64,000 nucleotides of DNA, taken from contig NC_086108.1 of assembly GCF_963921235.1 (NCBI RefSeq), positions 87,050,001 to 87,114,000 of the forward strand. The letters are read 5' to 3'. The number at the start of each line of letters is the position of its first letter. The first letter of the stretch is position 1. A program made the translations under genes and the position numbers. Of this stretch, positions 36,088-49,199 are shown in pieces. Under the pieces are notes generated by a model. It ran no database searches. It had not been told where the DNA came from and saw only the letters and a list, made by a program, of their open reading frames with translations. The stretch comes from Mobula hypostoma. Its lineage: Eukaryota.

Positions 36088-36871
36088 GAGTAGATTCTGG
36101 TTAATAGGGACACATCAGGACCGGAATATTTTGGACCAATTAAGTGGCTGTCTAATTAACCAAAGTTTCATGAAAATAATTAGAAAAGGTATAAAAAACA
36201 CAAACTACCATTTAAGTGAGAAATAAATTATGTTTAAATAAAATACAAAACAAATTAGAATACTACCAAAACTACCACAGTACGATAAAAATATATTAGT
36301 TCCTAATTAGTTATCAACAGAGGATCTCACCCAGAGTACGTAATGAATAAAATCAGTGCAATGCCTAGTGCACATAATGGACTGCCTTCAGGCAGTGCCA
36401 TCAATGATTACATCCTCCAAATTTTCATTTTTATTGTAACATTCATGGTTTTCAAATTCTTCATAGTTGCTAACTTGCTGAAGTAATGAAATTGTTTCAC
36501 TTTCACTCCTGTCCATTTCTGGCATCTCCATGCCTGAATGCTTGAAACTGCCATGAGCAAAACAGTTCTGAATTGTCTTACTGCTTATTTCTTACCAAAT
36601 ATAAGAGAAAAATCACTGCTTTTTGAATGCAAGCACATGCAAATAATGCCATTTTAAAACTGTTCACTCTAAGCATGGTGTAGCGTCTAACAGCTGTACA
36701 AGTGTGAGCGACTGGCGCTAGTTAGAAATAGTTCGGCAATGGTCTCCTCCTCAATTAAGTGTCATAGTGTCCCAAATAAACAAAGGGAATCCCAGCAATT
36801 TTCTTGAATAGTTTTTGTTCTTTAAGGGTTGACCCAAATGAGCAGCTGTCCCAATTAACCAGAATCTATTG
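36088..36871. mobile_element. pogo/Tigger-type non-autonomous DNA transposon
   Basis: TIR gagtagattctggttaataggg / cccaattaaccagaatctattg; TA on the left; colinear with both ends of 62311-63780. Confidence 0.8.
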
Positions 36872-37379
36872 CATTTCCAGTCTGAATGATATGAGTTTTG
36901 GAGAGAAACCTACAGGTCGAAATCTTTACCCTTCTTAGCAACTAAAGTTGTGGTTTGAGAGAAGCTGACAGTGTAGCCTAGGTAAGTAACAGCTGTGTAT
37001 TTTATACGTATTAAACATTGCAACCAGCAGAATTTCTGGTCAATGTTGACCCCAGCACATACCGCATATGTACTTTGATAGTAAATTTACCTTTGAATTT
37101 TGAACTTTTGAACTTTGACAGGAGAGACCATTTTGTGACTTGCACTCTTCAAATAGTACATAAAAATGCAGCAATCTCCCTTCAGAAAAGGTCTTCGGCC
37201 TTCTTGTGCTTTTGTATTTTCATAATGATAACAGTGATCTTGTTCACTATCTCCAGTGATAGTCAGTGCAGTGGCTACTTTTATAGAAGGAACCCTTCAG
37301 TGTCAAAGTGCACAGTCATTCTTCTCACTTTCTACAGCTGTGGTTCCAGCACCGTTTAGTTAAACCAGCAGAAGGCCAT

Positions 37380-37790
37380 GGTGTGCAGTGTATATTTCTG
37401 GGATCCCCACTTTAGAAAAGGTATCCTGGGAGAATATCATTGTTTTGCTGGAATAATACTTCAACTCCAAGGATTAAAATGAAAGAAGAGATCACATAGA
37501 CAAAGCATGCATTTCATGAATCTTGTATGATCATGGATTTATTTGATTGAAAGTTTCAAGATACTGTGGGAATTGGGAGGTAGATGGATGGAAACTACTT
37601 CTATTGATTTGGGAGTTTGTGACTGGAGGGCGGGGGTGCATAGAACATAAATCAAAAACTAATCCTTTCAGCAGCAAAGCAACACTACATGCAGAAGGTG
37701 ATAAAGATTTGGAACTTCTACAAATGGCAGTTAATGCTCAATCAATTGCTGTTTTAAAATATTGATTATTGCTACCAAAGGCTTTAGGAG
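37380..37790 (+). mobile_element. Very old CR1 fragment
   Basis: gtgtatatttctgggatccccactttagaaaagg; gatttatttgattgaaagtttcaagatactg. Confidence 0.45.
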
Positions 37791-38116
37791 ATATAGCATC
37801 ACTGCAGTAAATGAAATAAAATATGAACATTCAGTGATTTATCAGAGTAACCTGAGAGAAGACTTGAAGGAGACAAGAAATGGTTAAACTTTCCTAGTAT
37901 GGATAATGACATGGATCCTCACCTGAACCAAGATAAGATCAGTGTCCTTTGTGTGGTGTTAAAAAGATTTGCTTCTATATAACACTTATCACAACCTCAA
38001 CATGTCCCAAATTGCCTTATAGGCATTGAAATACTTCTGAATTGCAATCCCTGTTGTAATGTAGGAACTACATATGTCAGCTAACTCGTGCATAAAGTCC
38101 CACAAGTAACAATTTG

Positions 38117-38342
38117 TAAACACGAGATTCTGCAGATAGCGGAAATAAAGAGCTGCGCACGTGACATGCTGAAGCAACTCAGCAGGTCAGGTAACATCAA
38201 TAGAGGGGAATAAACAGTCGATGTTTCAGGCTGAGACCCTTCATCAGGACTTTTTCAGCCCTGATGAAGGGTCTTGGCCTGAAACATCACTGTTTATTCC
38301 CCTGCATTGATAATACCCGACCTCCAGCATTTTTAGTGTGTT
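38117..38342. mobile_element. 226-bp palindromic PLE-derived unit with two oppositely oriented hammerhead motifs
   Basis: 15-bp TSD ACAAGTAACAATTTG at 38102-38116 and 38343-38357; CTGATGAAGGGTCT..GCCTGAAACATC on minus (38215-38251) and plus (38257-38293) strands. Confidence 0.85.
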
Positions 38343-39032
38343 ACAAGTAACAATTTGACACTCTGTTCACTGGTCACTTTTGGCCCTGGCATCATTGATA
38401 CTCTGAATGGTGAGAGGACATGGATTTGCTCAGTGACTTTCTCTCCTTCACGACTTTACATCATGAAAGCAGAATAGTTCAAAATGAGTTTGCTTGATGG
38501 TAAGACTCACTGAAAACTGTAATTGGTATTTTAATTTGCCAATTGGTTTCTAACCTTTTACTCACCCAGAGATTTTGATTTAGGACCGTGGATTATACAT
38601 AAGGCCAGTCAGCGCATGAGAACAAAAACACAATCATATTCTTCCAGAGGCTTCTTCACCAAAGCTTTCTTTTTAGACTTTAGAATACTTAAATAATCTA
38701 TGGTTTTCTAAGATTTTGTCCAGTATGCAATTGTTCATGCAGAATACTGCCCAGATGAATCAATTCTCACAACAGTTACTACTTCAAACATATGAGAACT
38801 AGAATAATTCTAGTCCAAATATTTTGTGCTGTCAGTTACTGAAAACAAAATTATAGATGCTTCTCTCTGGTGTGTTTGGTTACCAAACACTGATCCTCAC
38901 ACCATGCAAAACACTGAATCTCTATAAAAGTCAGCTCCTCTCCACAATTTATTACATGCACGTTTGATAATGCCCAAAACATTTAATAGAAGCTGTTGAC
39001 TATTCATCGAATTGCTGTTCCCTTGTATGACA

Positions 39033-39034
<2 letters not shown>

Positions 39035-39064
<30 letters not shown>
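39035..39064. repeat. (GT)n microsatellite
   Basis: Directly visible. Confidence 0.95.
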
Positions 39065-39065
<1 letters not shown>

Positions 39066-39601
39066 GAATGGAAGAAGGAAATTATAGGACAAGCTCTAAA
39101 TGAGCAGTTTCCTCTAGTTCAAATGTATATTTACCAGCTGCTTGTCCTACAGATGTAAGCATCTTACAAAAAATTCCTTTCCTGCAGTTCCATAAATGAG
39201 TGAATTATACTAAATAACTGACAGAGATCTGTACTCAAGTGTTTTGCTCAATGATGCCTACAACAGGGGCCTGCTAGTCATTTGCATCATTTCATGCTGG
39301 CACCCAACATACTTAATACCACTGCTCAGTAATATTCTTCAGAGCAGATGGACCCTTCTAGACCATTAGACTTATAGCCACCTCTCACTGAGCATTTGCT
39401 GAAGATAATTCTCCACTTCTCTTAAGCTGCAGTAACTCCAGATTTTGCACTCCCTTTATCTGGCTTTTCTTTTTGGACCCCTATCTGTCAGATCAGCTGC
39501 AGAAGTTATTGATCACAATTAACTCCTGGTAGGTGTACCAGCTTACTGCAAGCAATGTGCATTCCTCATGCCAGTTACCAAAACTGCAGTTTCACAGGCT
39601 C

Positions 39602-39945
39602 TCAAAGTTCAAAATTCAAAGTAAACTCATTATCTGTATATGTATCACTGTAAACCACCCAGAGATTCATTTTCTTGTGGGTATTCAGAGTAAATACAAC
39701 AAAACACAATAGAGACAATGAAAACTGTACACGACACAGACAGACAAACGACCAATGTGCAAAAGGCAACAAACTGTGCAAATACAAAAAAGATTAAAAA
39801 ATGATAATAATAAATAAATAAGCAATAAATATTGAGATCATGAGTTGTGGAGCCCTCGAAAGTGAGTCCATTGGGTGTGGAATCAGTTCAGTGTTGGTGT
39901 GAGTGAAGCTGAGTGAAGTTATTCCTTCTGGTTCAAAAGACTGAT
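39602..39945 (-). mobile_element. Rex1/Babar-type 3' UTR fragment
   Basis: tcaaagttcaaaattcaaagtaaac tail; colinear with 2152-2490. Confidence 0.75.
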
Positions 39946-40207
39946 ACAAATTCGTGTAATGCTGCAGCTAATGTAACAGCACGTTCTCATAGAATTATGC
40001 TGAGGCCATTTTGCCCAATGTGCCAGTGACAGCTCTTTGAAAAGCATGTCCAATTTTAATCCCACAACATGTTTTTTTTTCCCTCTTAAAGCTCTGCAAA
40101 TCAGTTCCCATCAAGAGCCTTGTTGCTATTGCTCGTGCAGCATTTAATTGCCATTGACATTGTCAGCACGGTTTAGAATCTAAAAATGTGGAACACAAAG
40201 CCACCAG

Positions 40208-40300
40208 AAACAATAGCAACACACACAAAATGCTGGAGGAACTTAGCAGGTCAGGCAGCATCTATGGAAAAGAGTCGACATTTCAGGCCGAGACCCTTCA
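40208..40300 (-). repeat. PLE-terminal relic truncated inside the hammerhead
   Basis: Minus strand tgaagggtctcggcctgaaatgtcgac. Confidence 0.7.
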
Positions 40301-40514
40301 ATAATAGACTCATTGGTATAACCTTCAGGACCAATTTGTTTGTTTATTGCCTTACTTTGTGCAATTGATCTAATATTCTTTGGAGGAAAAATTCATGCTA
40401 AGACAATAACACTAAACTCCATTATAACAATGGACTGTAATTCACATTCAATATTTGATTCTATGGAAATCAGCAATACCACAATATTTAATGATTATTG
40501 CTACCATCCATGGT

Positions 40515-41090
40515 TAGTCATAATCATAGTCATACTTTATTGATCCCGGGGGAAACTGGTTTTCATTACAGTTGCACCATAAATAATAAATAGTAATAAA
40601 ACCATAAATAGTTAAATAGCAATATGTAAATTATGCCAGTAAATTATGAAATGAGTCCAGGACCAGCCTATTGGCTCAGGGTGTCTGACCCTCCAAGGGA
40701 GGAGTTGTAAAGTTTGATGGCCACAGGTAGGAATGAATTCCTATGATGCTCTGTGTTGCATCTCAGTGGAATGAGTCTCTGGCTGAATGTAGTCCTGTGC
40801 CCAACCAGTATATTATGTAGTGGATGGGAGACATTGTCCAAGATGGAATGCAACTTGGACAGCATCCTCTTTTCAGACACCACCGTCAGAGAGTCCAGTT
40901 CCATCCCCACAACATCACTGGCCTTACGAATGAGTTTGTTGATTCTGTTGCCTGCTGCCCCAGCACACAACAGCAAACATGATCGCACTGGCCACCACAG
41001 ATTCGTAGAACATCCTCAGCATCATCCGGCAGATGTTAAAGGACCTCAGTCTCCTCAGGAAATAGAGACGGCTCTGACCCTTCTTGTGAC
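40515..41090 (-). mobile_element. Rex1/Babar-type LINE 3' fragment, different subfamily
   Basis: ORF 40668-40988(-) RINKLIRKASDVVG...DNVSHPLH...HRNSFLPVAIKLYN; catagtcata tail. Confidence 0.8.
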
Positions 41091-41289
41091 ATTCCTAGAC
41101 AAATATCTTTTACTTTTAATAATTATAATTGCAAGTCTTATGAATTGGAAATAAATGCTTCCTGCAGCCTCTCTCCAAAATCTCTTGCATTTAAAGCTAT
41201 CCTAAAGATGAAGCGTAGCTTTCAGCAGACATGGAGCTTAAGGTAGCAAAGTTCCAGGTTGCATCCTGGAAAAGGCTGACTATGCAACC

Positions 41290-41575
41290 CATTGAGCTAA
41301 TGTGCTGAGATACACACTGACACAGTTGCAGCCACCATACGGGCTCGGTGGGAGAGTATGTGGTTCTTCCTGCTACTGGACAGGGAGGAGCCTGGCTGGG
41401 TGAGGAAGCACCTCGGTTATTATAGTAGAGTACCAGCGCAGGGCAGCCACATGAGTGGCAACGGTCCCAATGGTTTCAAGGAATGAAATAAAACATTGTA
41501 TAATGCATTGATGATGAAAGTAAGAGTGAAAAGCATTGCATGGTTTTAGTAAATCTTTTATTATGAGTAAGTATT
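41290..41575 (+). mobile_element. L1/Tx1-like LINE 3' end
   Basis: gcagccaccatacgggctcggtggg...gccacatgagtggcaac shared with 43930-44415. Confidence 0.55.
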
Positions 41576-41879
41576 ATCCATTGGGCTAACTGCCCTAATG
41601 AAATGATATTTTGCCTTTGCTTGAATTATGCAGACATTAATAAAATAAGCAGTCCTCCTGCCCTGAAGAAAGCAATGCATGAACGTTGCCTAGAATCCAG
41701 TTGAATGAACCCAAAGGTGATATGAAGGAGGAATAACTTCATCCCAAGCTACCCCGATGCAGAATTAGTTTTGGATTGACAAGTGTTTTTCATGATAGGG
41801 GAGCATGTTTCCAGGCAATGGAAAATGACCCAGAAATGGTCATTATTCTTTCCTCTGAGTGAAAGATAATAATGTTCAA

Positions 41880-42472
41880 ATGTGAGGTGAGGTGAGAGCC
41901 CCTGTTGGTCAGAGTTGACCATGGATATTGTGTCACAGCTGTCTAGATACACAAAGCCTGGGCAATACGATATGGAGAGTAAGTTGTTGCCCATGTAGTA
42001 AGCTCCCCCCTCCACACATCTGATGAACCGAAAGGAACGGCAGAGACCGATACAGTTTGGCACCAGCCGTAACGCAGGAGTTGCCAGTCAGCATTGAACT
42101 CAATGTAGGACTGCCTTAGGGATTCCAGCTCTGGAATTTTCTATTGGAGTTTACTCCTGCAGCCTTCCCCATGAGTGGGTATAGCCTTAAGGCAGCAAAG
42201 ATTTAAAATTAGAGTTTTCCTTCTCCTAGATGAGCTGCCAACTATGGATGACAAGCCCCATCTATCCGAAGTGAATGGTTTTAAGGCACCAGTAACCCAG
42301 CTTTGCCCTTTCTCCTGTCAGTAGAAATGTTTCCACCAGGCTTGGTAGCTAAGCCACACGTGAAGGCCAGGAGCTGGACTTGGTTGTCAGAGGCTATTTG
42401 AGGCTCACGCCATTAATAGGTAGAGGAAGCTTGTCCCCATCACCACTCTTGGCTATAACAACCTTAAGGAAC
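41880..42472 (-). mobile_element. RTE-derived non-autonomous element
   Basis: Minus strand ggctatacccactcatggggaaggc...gtgccaaactgtatcggtctctgccgttcc...catgggcaacaac resembles RTE 5' regions. Confidence 0.5.
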
Positions 42473-43260
42473 CAATATGTATCCTGCACAAAAAACAGTG
42501 ATATGCCAGTGAATTCCTCAGCACTTCTCTCTTACGCTACTTTTAATCTAACATCTACAGTCTTTCCACCAACTCACGTTGAAAAAATGATTTGGATACA
42601 GAGCTGGAGGCAATGGTATCAGAATTGAAAAGAAAAATATAAAAGAGGAGGGATAATCTTGAGGACGAAGCAGTGCTGGAAGAAGATAATTGATAAGATA
42701 ATAGGACAAACACTCCAGTAGGGCAGAAGCAGTACATTTTGTTAAAAGAGAGGGTAATGATTATTATTTGTGCCGGTGTAGTTACTACAATCAGAGTCAG
42801 CCAATATCTAACACTGCATTTCCTCTGCAAAAAGACACGACAGCAATCATTTACTGGAGCGGGAGCCATGCTTCCATTATACAGATCATACCTTTAACCT
42901 CTAACCAGATCAGTACAATAAATCTCACTTAAGGTAAAAAAAATAACGGCTGTTTACACTGAAGGCAGTTATTACCATTTTCAGCAGCACAGCAATAGAG
43001 CTGAACAAAAGAAAACATTTTTAATGTTTGAACATTCAATTATGGTCTGACCTTTAGCGTTAGAAGAACACAAACAAAACAAAGGGATGTATTTCAGCTT
43101 AGGCACAATCAGTGATCTGGATACAAATTGCATTAGATTTACAAGGTGAACATTTTTCTCAGGTTGCTTTCTATTATGTAAAAATACTCCAGAAACAAGC
43201 TCACTTGATCAATGTTTTAATGAAGAATATTCAAAACCAATTGAAGTATACATTCAGATA

Positions 43261-43722
43261 CATTCTGTGGCCCCTTTATAAGTGCCTCCTGTATTTAATA
43301 AAGTGGCCAGTGAGTATATGTTCATGGTCTTCTGCTCCTGAAGTCCATCCACTTCAAGGTTCAATGTGTTGTGCGTTCAGAGGTACTCTTCTGCACACCA
43401 TTGTTGTAAGGCATGGTTATTTGAGTTGCTGTCACCTTCCTGTCAGTTTGAACCAGTCTGGCCATTCTCCTCTGACCTCTCTCATTAACAAGGCATTATT
43501 GCCCACAGAACTGCCATGTTTTGTTTAGATTTTCACACCATTCTCAAAGTCACTTAGATCATATTTCTTTCCTGTTCTGATGGTTGGTGTAAACAACAAA
43601 TGAACCCTTTGACCATGTCTGCATGGTTTTATGCACTGAGTTGCTGCCATAGGGATGGCAGATCAGGTATTTCTATTAACTCACAAGTGTACAGGTGTAC
43701 CTAATAAAGTGTCTACTGCGTG
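43261..43722. mobile_element. Tc1-like non-autonomous transposon
   Basis: TA-flanked; ends resemble CACTCAGTGGCCACTTTATTAGGTAC (cattctgtggcccctttataag / gtacctaataaagtgtctactgcgtg). Confidence 0.7.
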
Positions 43723-43929
43723 TATATTTAAGAGTGCTAACCTGGATGAAATTCCGCATCGACCCACAAATTTCCTGTCGCATTCCCGAAATGGGCCTCC
43801 ATGGAGCAATTCTGCTGTAACATGTTCTGAGCAATTTCCCATATATATATGAAGGGCAATTTCCCCACTACAAGAGCTAGGCACTTCTCTAATATGTGTA
43901 GCAATAAACAAGATGCTAAGAGAGCACGT

Positions 43930-44415
43930 CACACAGTATCTGTGCATCAAGATGTCCGTAGAGCAATGCTGCCAACTGGCACATTCCAGGCTGCAGGACG
44001 CACTGAAGTGTGGTACAGCCACCAAAAGGGCTCGGTGGGAAAGAACCAGAGTATAAGGTTTTTCCACTACTGGAGAGGATGTTGTCCAGGTTGAGTGAGA
44101 AAGCCCCTCCATTATTGTATACACAAGAAATGCTGAAGATGGTAGAAATTCAGAGCAACAAAATACTGGAAGAACTCAGCACGTCAGACAGCATCTATGA
44201 AAAGGAATAAAGAGTCGACATTTCAGGGTGAGACCCTTCAGCAAGACCTCAAATATTGTAGTAGTGTATTACCCCAGTGGCCACATGAGTGGCAACAGTC
44301 CCATTAGTTTTAAGGACTATAATAGAACACTATTTGAAGCATTGACAATGAACGTAAGAATGCAAAGGCATTGCACAGTTTATCATTGTAAATATTTCTT
44401 TTTATGAATAAACCT
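43930..44415 (+). mobile_element. L1/Tx1-like LINE 3' end with a PLE-end insertion at ~44120-44252
   Basis: CCQLAHSRLQ.DALKCGTATKRARWERTRV-stop; TATTGTA on both sides of the PLE relic. Confidence 0.6.
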
Positions 44416-44610
44416 TATTTTGATGCAAAATACCTGAGCAGGGAACTGGACAGACAATGGTTTGAATCAAGACCTTTCACATAGACTGATCTAGATGAAG
44501 GATTCAACCCAAAATGTTGACCATTGTTGACCCAAAATGTCCATTTTCCTCCATGGATGCTGAGTTCCTCCAGTTTTTTTCTTGCATTTCTATAGATTCC
44601 AGTCTCTCGT
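44415..44610. repeat. Degenerate palindromic PLE-terminal pair
   Basis: tttgaatcaagacctttcacatagac / tctagatgaaggattcaacccaaaatgttgac; tgctgagttcctccag. Confidence 0.55.
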
Positions 44611-44704
44611 GCCTTCCAATTATATGTGAGGGACACGTCCCCAGTACATATGAAGGGCAATTCACCAGTACATGTGCTGGGTAAATTCCCAGAACATGTG
44701 CTGG

Positions 44705-45600
44705 ACAATTGATAAGGTGTTTGATAATGTCCCCCATTATTCAGAAAATGAAGATGAATAGAATCCAGGTGAATTTGGAAGTTCGGATTTGGAATCGGCT
44801 TATCTACAGAAGATAGAGATTAGATGTGGAAGAATATTATTCTGGCTGGAGGTCCATGACCAAAGGGGTTCTGCAAGGATTGGTGCTGGGACCTCTGATG
44901 TTTGTGATATACGTACTGTATAAGAGTGATATAGATGAAAAGCAAAGGATGAATTAGCACATTTGTGTATGATACCAATACTGATGGACTGTAAAGGACT
45001 ATCAAAGAATATAGTGGTATATAGATCAATTACAGTACATATATAAGGAGAGAAGTGATAGATGGAGATTAAACTAGTGAAGTGTGTGGTGTTGCATTTT
45101 GGGAGATCAAATGAAAGAAGAAAGTACACAATTAATAGTAGACCAACTAAAAGTATAGAGGAGATCTTGGATTCCCCATCCATAGCTCACTGAAAGTGAC
45201 CTCGCAAGTGGGTAAGGCGGTAAAGAATGTGTATGACATGCTTATCCTCATCGGTTGTGTTGCTGAGTATAAGAGTAGTGAAGTTAAACTCAGGATATTC
45301 TCCCAAATTTAGGGGATTAAGGGGAAACCTGATAGATGTTTTTAAGATTATGAGAGCTATAGATAGGGTAAACAATTGCAAACTTTTCCGCAGGGTAGAA
45401 ATGTCAAACACCAGAAGATATGCTTTTAAGCTTAGAGACGGAAAACTTAAAGGTGAAATGAGAGGCATTTTTTTTTACATAGGGAATGTTAGATGCCAAG
45501 AATGGGTTACCAAGAGTAGCAGTGGAAACAGGCAGTTTGGTGGAGTTTAAGAGATAGACACATGAATATAAAAGGAATGGAGGGATATGGAAGATGCACA
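44705..45600 (+). mobile_element. Old CR1 RT fragment
   Basis: ggggttctgcaaggattggtgctgggacc; LRGNLIDVFKIMRAIDRVN. Confidence 0.75.
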
Positions 45601-45604
45601 GTCT

Positions 45605-46010
45605 GTTTGCAATACATTGTGTAATTCATCGCAATATTTTACAGCCAAAAACCTCAGCCGGTGACCTTTTTCAAGCATGACTCTGCTATCAAAAAAAAAC
45701 TAATCATCCGTTAAATGGCAGAATATTTCTCCAGTTTTGAAGAGTTTGCTTTGTTATTCACACTGAAGTGTGCTGGCTGTCAAAGGAATGCTGCTTAAAA
45801 AGTTTCTTTGATCTTTTTGACACTGTGGCTGAATTTTTGCTCAAGGTCGACAAGAGCTTGGGAAACAAGTTTGAACTTCTATGTGGAGATGTGGCATACC
45901 TAGCATATCTGTATGACAAAATGATCATTCTAAATATGAAACTGCAGGATCATAATTTCAATTTAATTCAGGCAGAAAGTCCAGCTTTTTTTATCAGAAA
46001 ATTGGAAATA
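45605..46010 (+). pseudogene. hAT (Buster/Charlie) transposase fragment
   Basis: HCVIHR (CxxH) at ~45614; HTEVCWLSK (HTEVRWLS motif); VAYLAYLYDKMIILNMKLQ...FIRKLE. Confidence 0.75.
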
Positions 46011-46412
46011 GATTAGATTATGAGGACTCTCAGTCCTTGTTTATTGTCAATACAATGTCCCTCCAGAATGATATCACAAGAAAACACAGGACAAACCAAG
46101 ACTAAAACTGACAAAACCACATAATTATAACATATAGTTACAACAGTACAAAGCAATAACATAATTTGATAAAGAGCAGACCATGGGCACGGTAAAAAAA
46201 AGTCTCAAAGTCCCGATCGACTCATCATCTCATGCAGGAGGCATAAGGGAGGAACTCTCCCTACCATGAGCCTCCAAGCGCCGCCAACTTGACGATGCAG
46301 AACCATTGGAAGCACCCGACCGCAGCGGACTCTGAGTCCACCCGAAAACTTTGAGCCTCTGACACAGCCTCTCCGAGCACCATCCTCTGCCGAACGCTTC
46401 GACACCGCCCCT
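46010..46412 (-). mobile_element. Unclassified retroposon 3' fragment
   Basis: agattagatta tail followed by tttattgtca; CpG-containing body. Confidence 0.45.
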
Positions 46413-47414
46413 AATTTATATTAGAATATAAATTATTTATATTCTAATATATGAATTCATCTAAACTATATGAATATAGAGTGAAGAGTTTGTTAATGTG
46501 ATTCAATATACTGTATCTGGTATTATATTTTTTCTTTTGTTTTATAATATGTATTCTCTTGAACTCTGTATTCTTCTATATAGAAATCAATAAAAATATT
46601 GGAAAAGAAAAAAGATATGTTGAATTAATAATTACGTTGTTTGTACCAATCTAGAGCAGCCCTGAAGAATCAGTAGTAAAACACGTCCAGATGTAGGGTG
46701 GTTGGCAGTACACTGCAAACACTCAGCAGAATGCAGAGAGACCACATGTACAGCAAAGAGCGAAGCATTAGAATAAAGAACAGGAAGGAGAGGTAGGAGT
46801 CATCCTGGGTGAATGAATGAAGGTGCCTCATCATGCACAGTAAAGCACAACAGTTCAGACACTGTCAGTGCAATAACCAATGACGGGAAAGGATAGGACT
46901 TGGAAGTCTGATTCCAATTCCTTGTATCAAAATGGAATTAGTTATTTCTGGATAGTTTGTGCACTGACGATATCTGAACTGCTGTGGTGTTAAGCTGCAT
47001 GATGGTGCATCTTCACTCTTACTGAACTCTTGTTTCTCCCTTAATGCTTGACCAGATCTCAGTTCTTGGGTTATCTAAAGAGGGAATGAATGCTGTTGTG
47101 ACAGGATGAAGGATTTCTTCACACTAACTAATAGGGAGCATTATATAGGATAAACAAGGGTGCTAAGGGTCTGCCAAAGGTATATCAGCTGCTGTTTTAA
47201 TTATTGGATGGATGAAAACGGCTCAGATTGCAGATTTACTTCGGTTTTATATTGAAGAAGATACTGAGAAGCAAAAACTGAAGGCTACGATAGAAACTTT
47301 TATGCAATAAAGTTTTTTTTACTCATTTATATTCATTTATACTACACAGGCAAATTTGCATTTAAGGCTTATCCTTAATCACTAGGCCATGCATTCTACC
47401 ATCAGGTAGAATGT

Positions 47415-48985
47415 CTAAAGTTCAAAGTAAACTTATTGTCAAATTACTTGTATGTCAGTATTTATAACTCTGAGATTCATCTCCTTGTGGAAATCACAGT
47501 AAATACAAAAAAAACAATAGAATCAATGAAAGACCACACACAACAGGACGGACAACGACCAAAGTGCAAAAAAAAGCAACAAACTGTGCAAATGCAAAAA
47601 AGGAGAACATAAATAATAATAATCAAACAAATAAATAAATATATGAATATTGAGAACATGAGACGAAGAGTTTCTGAAGATGAATCCAGAGGTTGTGGGG
47701 ACAGTTCAGTGGTGGGCAAGTGAAGCTGAGTGAAGTTATTTTTCTCTGGTTCAAGAGCCTGATCGTTGAGGGGTAGTAACTTTTGCTTAACTTGGTGATG
47801 TGGGTCCTGAGGCTCCTGCGCCGCCTTCCTGATGGCAGCAGCGAGAAGAGAGCATGACTTAAATGATGGTAGTCCTTGATGATGGATGCTGCTTTCATGC
47901 ACTACTTGTTGTAAGCTTTTCAGTACAAGGACATAGGTGTTTCCAACCAGGCCATGATACCAGGCCATCAATATGCTCTCAGCCACACACCTATCAAAGC
48001 TTGTCAAGGTTTTCGATGTCATGCAGAATCTTATCAAACTTCTAAGAAAATGGAGGCTCATAGCGGCACTTATGTGCTGGACCCAGGACAGACGCTCTGA
48101 AATGAAAACACCGAGGAATTTAAAATTGCTGATCTTCTGCACCTCTGATCCACCAATGAGAACTGGCTCTTGGAGCTTCAGTTTCCTCCCTTATAGTCAA
48201 TAATTAATTCCTTGGTCTTGCTGACATTGAGTGAGTGGTTGTTACTGTGGCATCACTGGGAGACAGACTTATGATCTCTTTTCTATATGTTATTTCATCA
48301 CCACTTTTGATTCGGCCAATGACAGTGGTGTCGTCAGCAAGCTTAAAAATGGCATTAAAGCTGAGCTTAACTTCACAGTCATAAGTATAAAGTGAGTAGA
48401 GCAGGGGGCTAAGCTCACAGCCTTGTGGTGCACCTGTGTGATGGAGATTGTGGAGGAGTTGTTGTTGCTAATCTGAACCTACTCGGGTTTGCATATGAGG
48501 AAATCAAGGATCCATTTGCACAAGGAGGATAGAAGTTTATTGATTAGTTTTGAGGGGATGATAGTATTGAATCCAGAGCTGTAGTCAATGAAGAAACCCT
48601 GATGTAGACACCATCACGATCCAGATATTCCAGGATTGAGTGAAGAGCCAGTGATATGGTATCTGCTGTTAACCTATTGTGATGGTAGACAAATAGGAAT
48701 TAATTCAAGTTGCCTTTCAGGTAGGAGTTGATATTTTTCATCACCATCCCCTCAAAGCACTTCATCGCAGTGGATGTAAGTGCTACTGGATGAAAGTCAC
48801 TGGAGTTGGTTCCTACATTCTTCTTAGGCACTGGTATAATTCAAGTCTGCTTGAAGCAGTTGGGTATCTCAGACTGCCAAAGCAAGAGATCAAAAATATC
48901 AGTGAACACTGCAGCTAGTTGATCAGCACAGTCACCTATGTTGCTTGGTTTCACTTTGCAGGAGGTGATAACATTCAAGCCTTTC
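47415..48985 (-). mobile_element. Rex1/Babar-type LINE RT fragment
   Basis: NFKFLGVFISERLSW..FDRCVAESIL; upstream [13 protein letters not shown] and LADDTTVIG on the minus strand. Confidence 0.85.
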
Positions 48986-49199
48986 CACAGCTGTTCAGTA
49001 TCCTTCAGTGATTCAAGTTTGGTCTGGAATTGCCAGTTTGCTCTTGAGATGGATTTCCAGAGATCATACCTGGACCTTTCGTATGTAACTTGGTCAACGG
49101 ACCTGAATGGTACTGATCTGGCCCTCAGCAGAATGCGAATCTCATGATTCTAATCTTCTGGTTAGGGAAGACGCTAAAAGATTTTGTGATACGGCATCC

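Noticed and set aside
42015..42050. CTGATGAACCGAAAGG as a hammerhead
   Set aside because: No GAAA/NUH after the putative stem II and no stem I; lies antisense in an RTE-derived element
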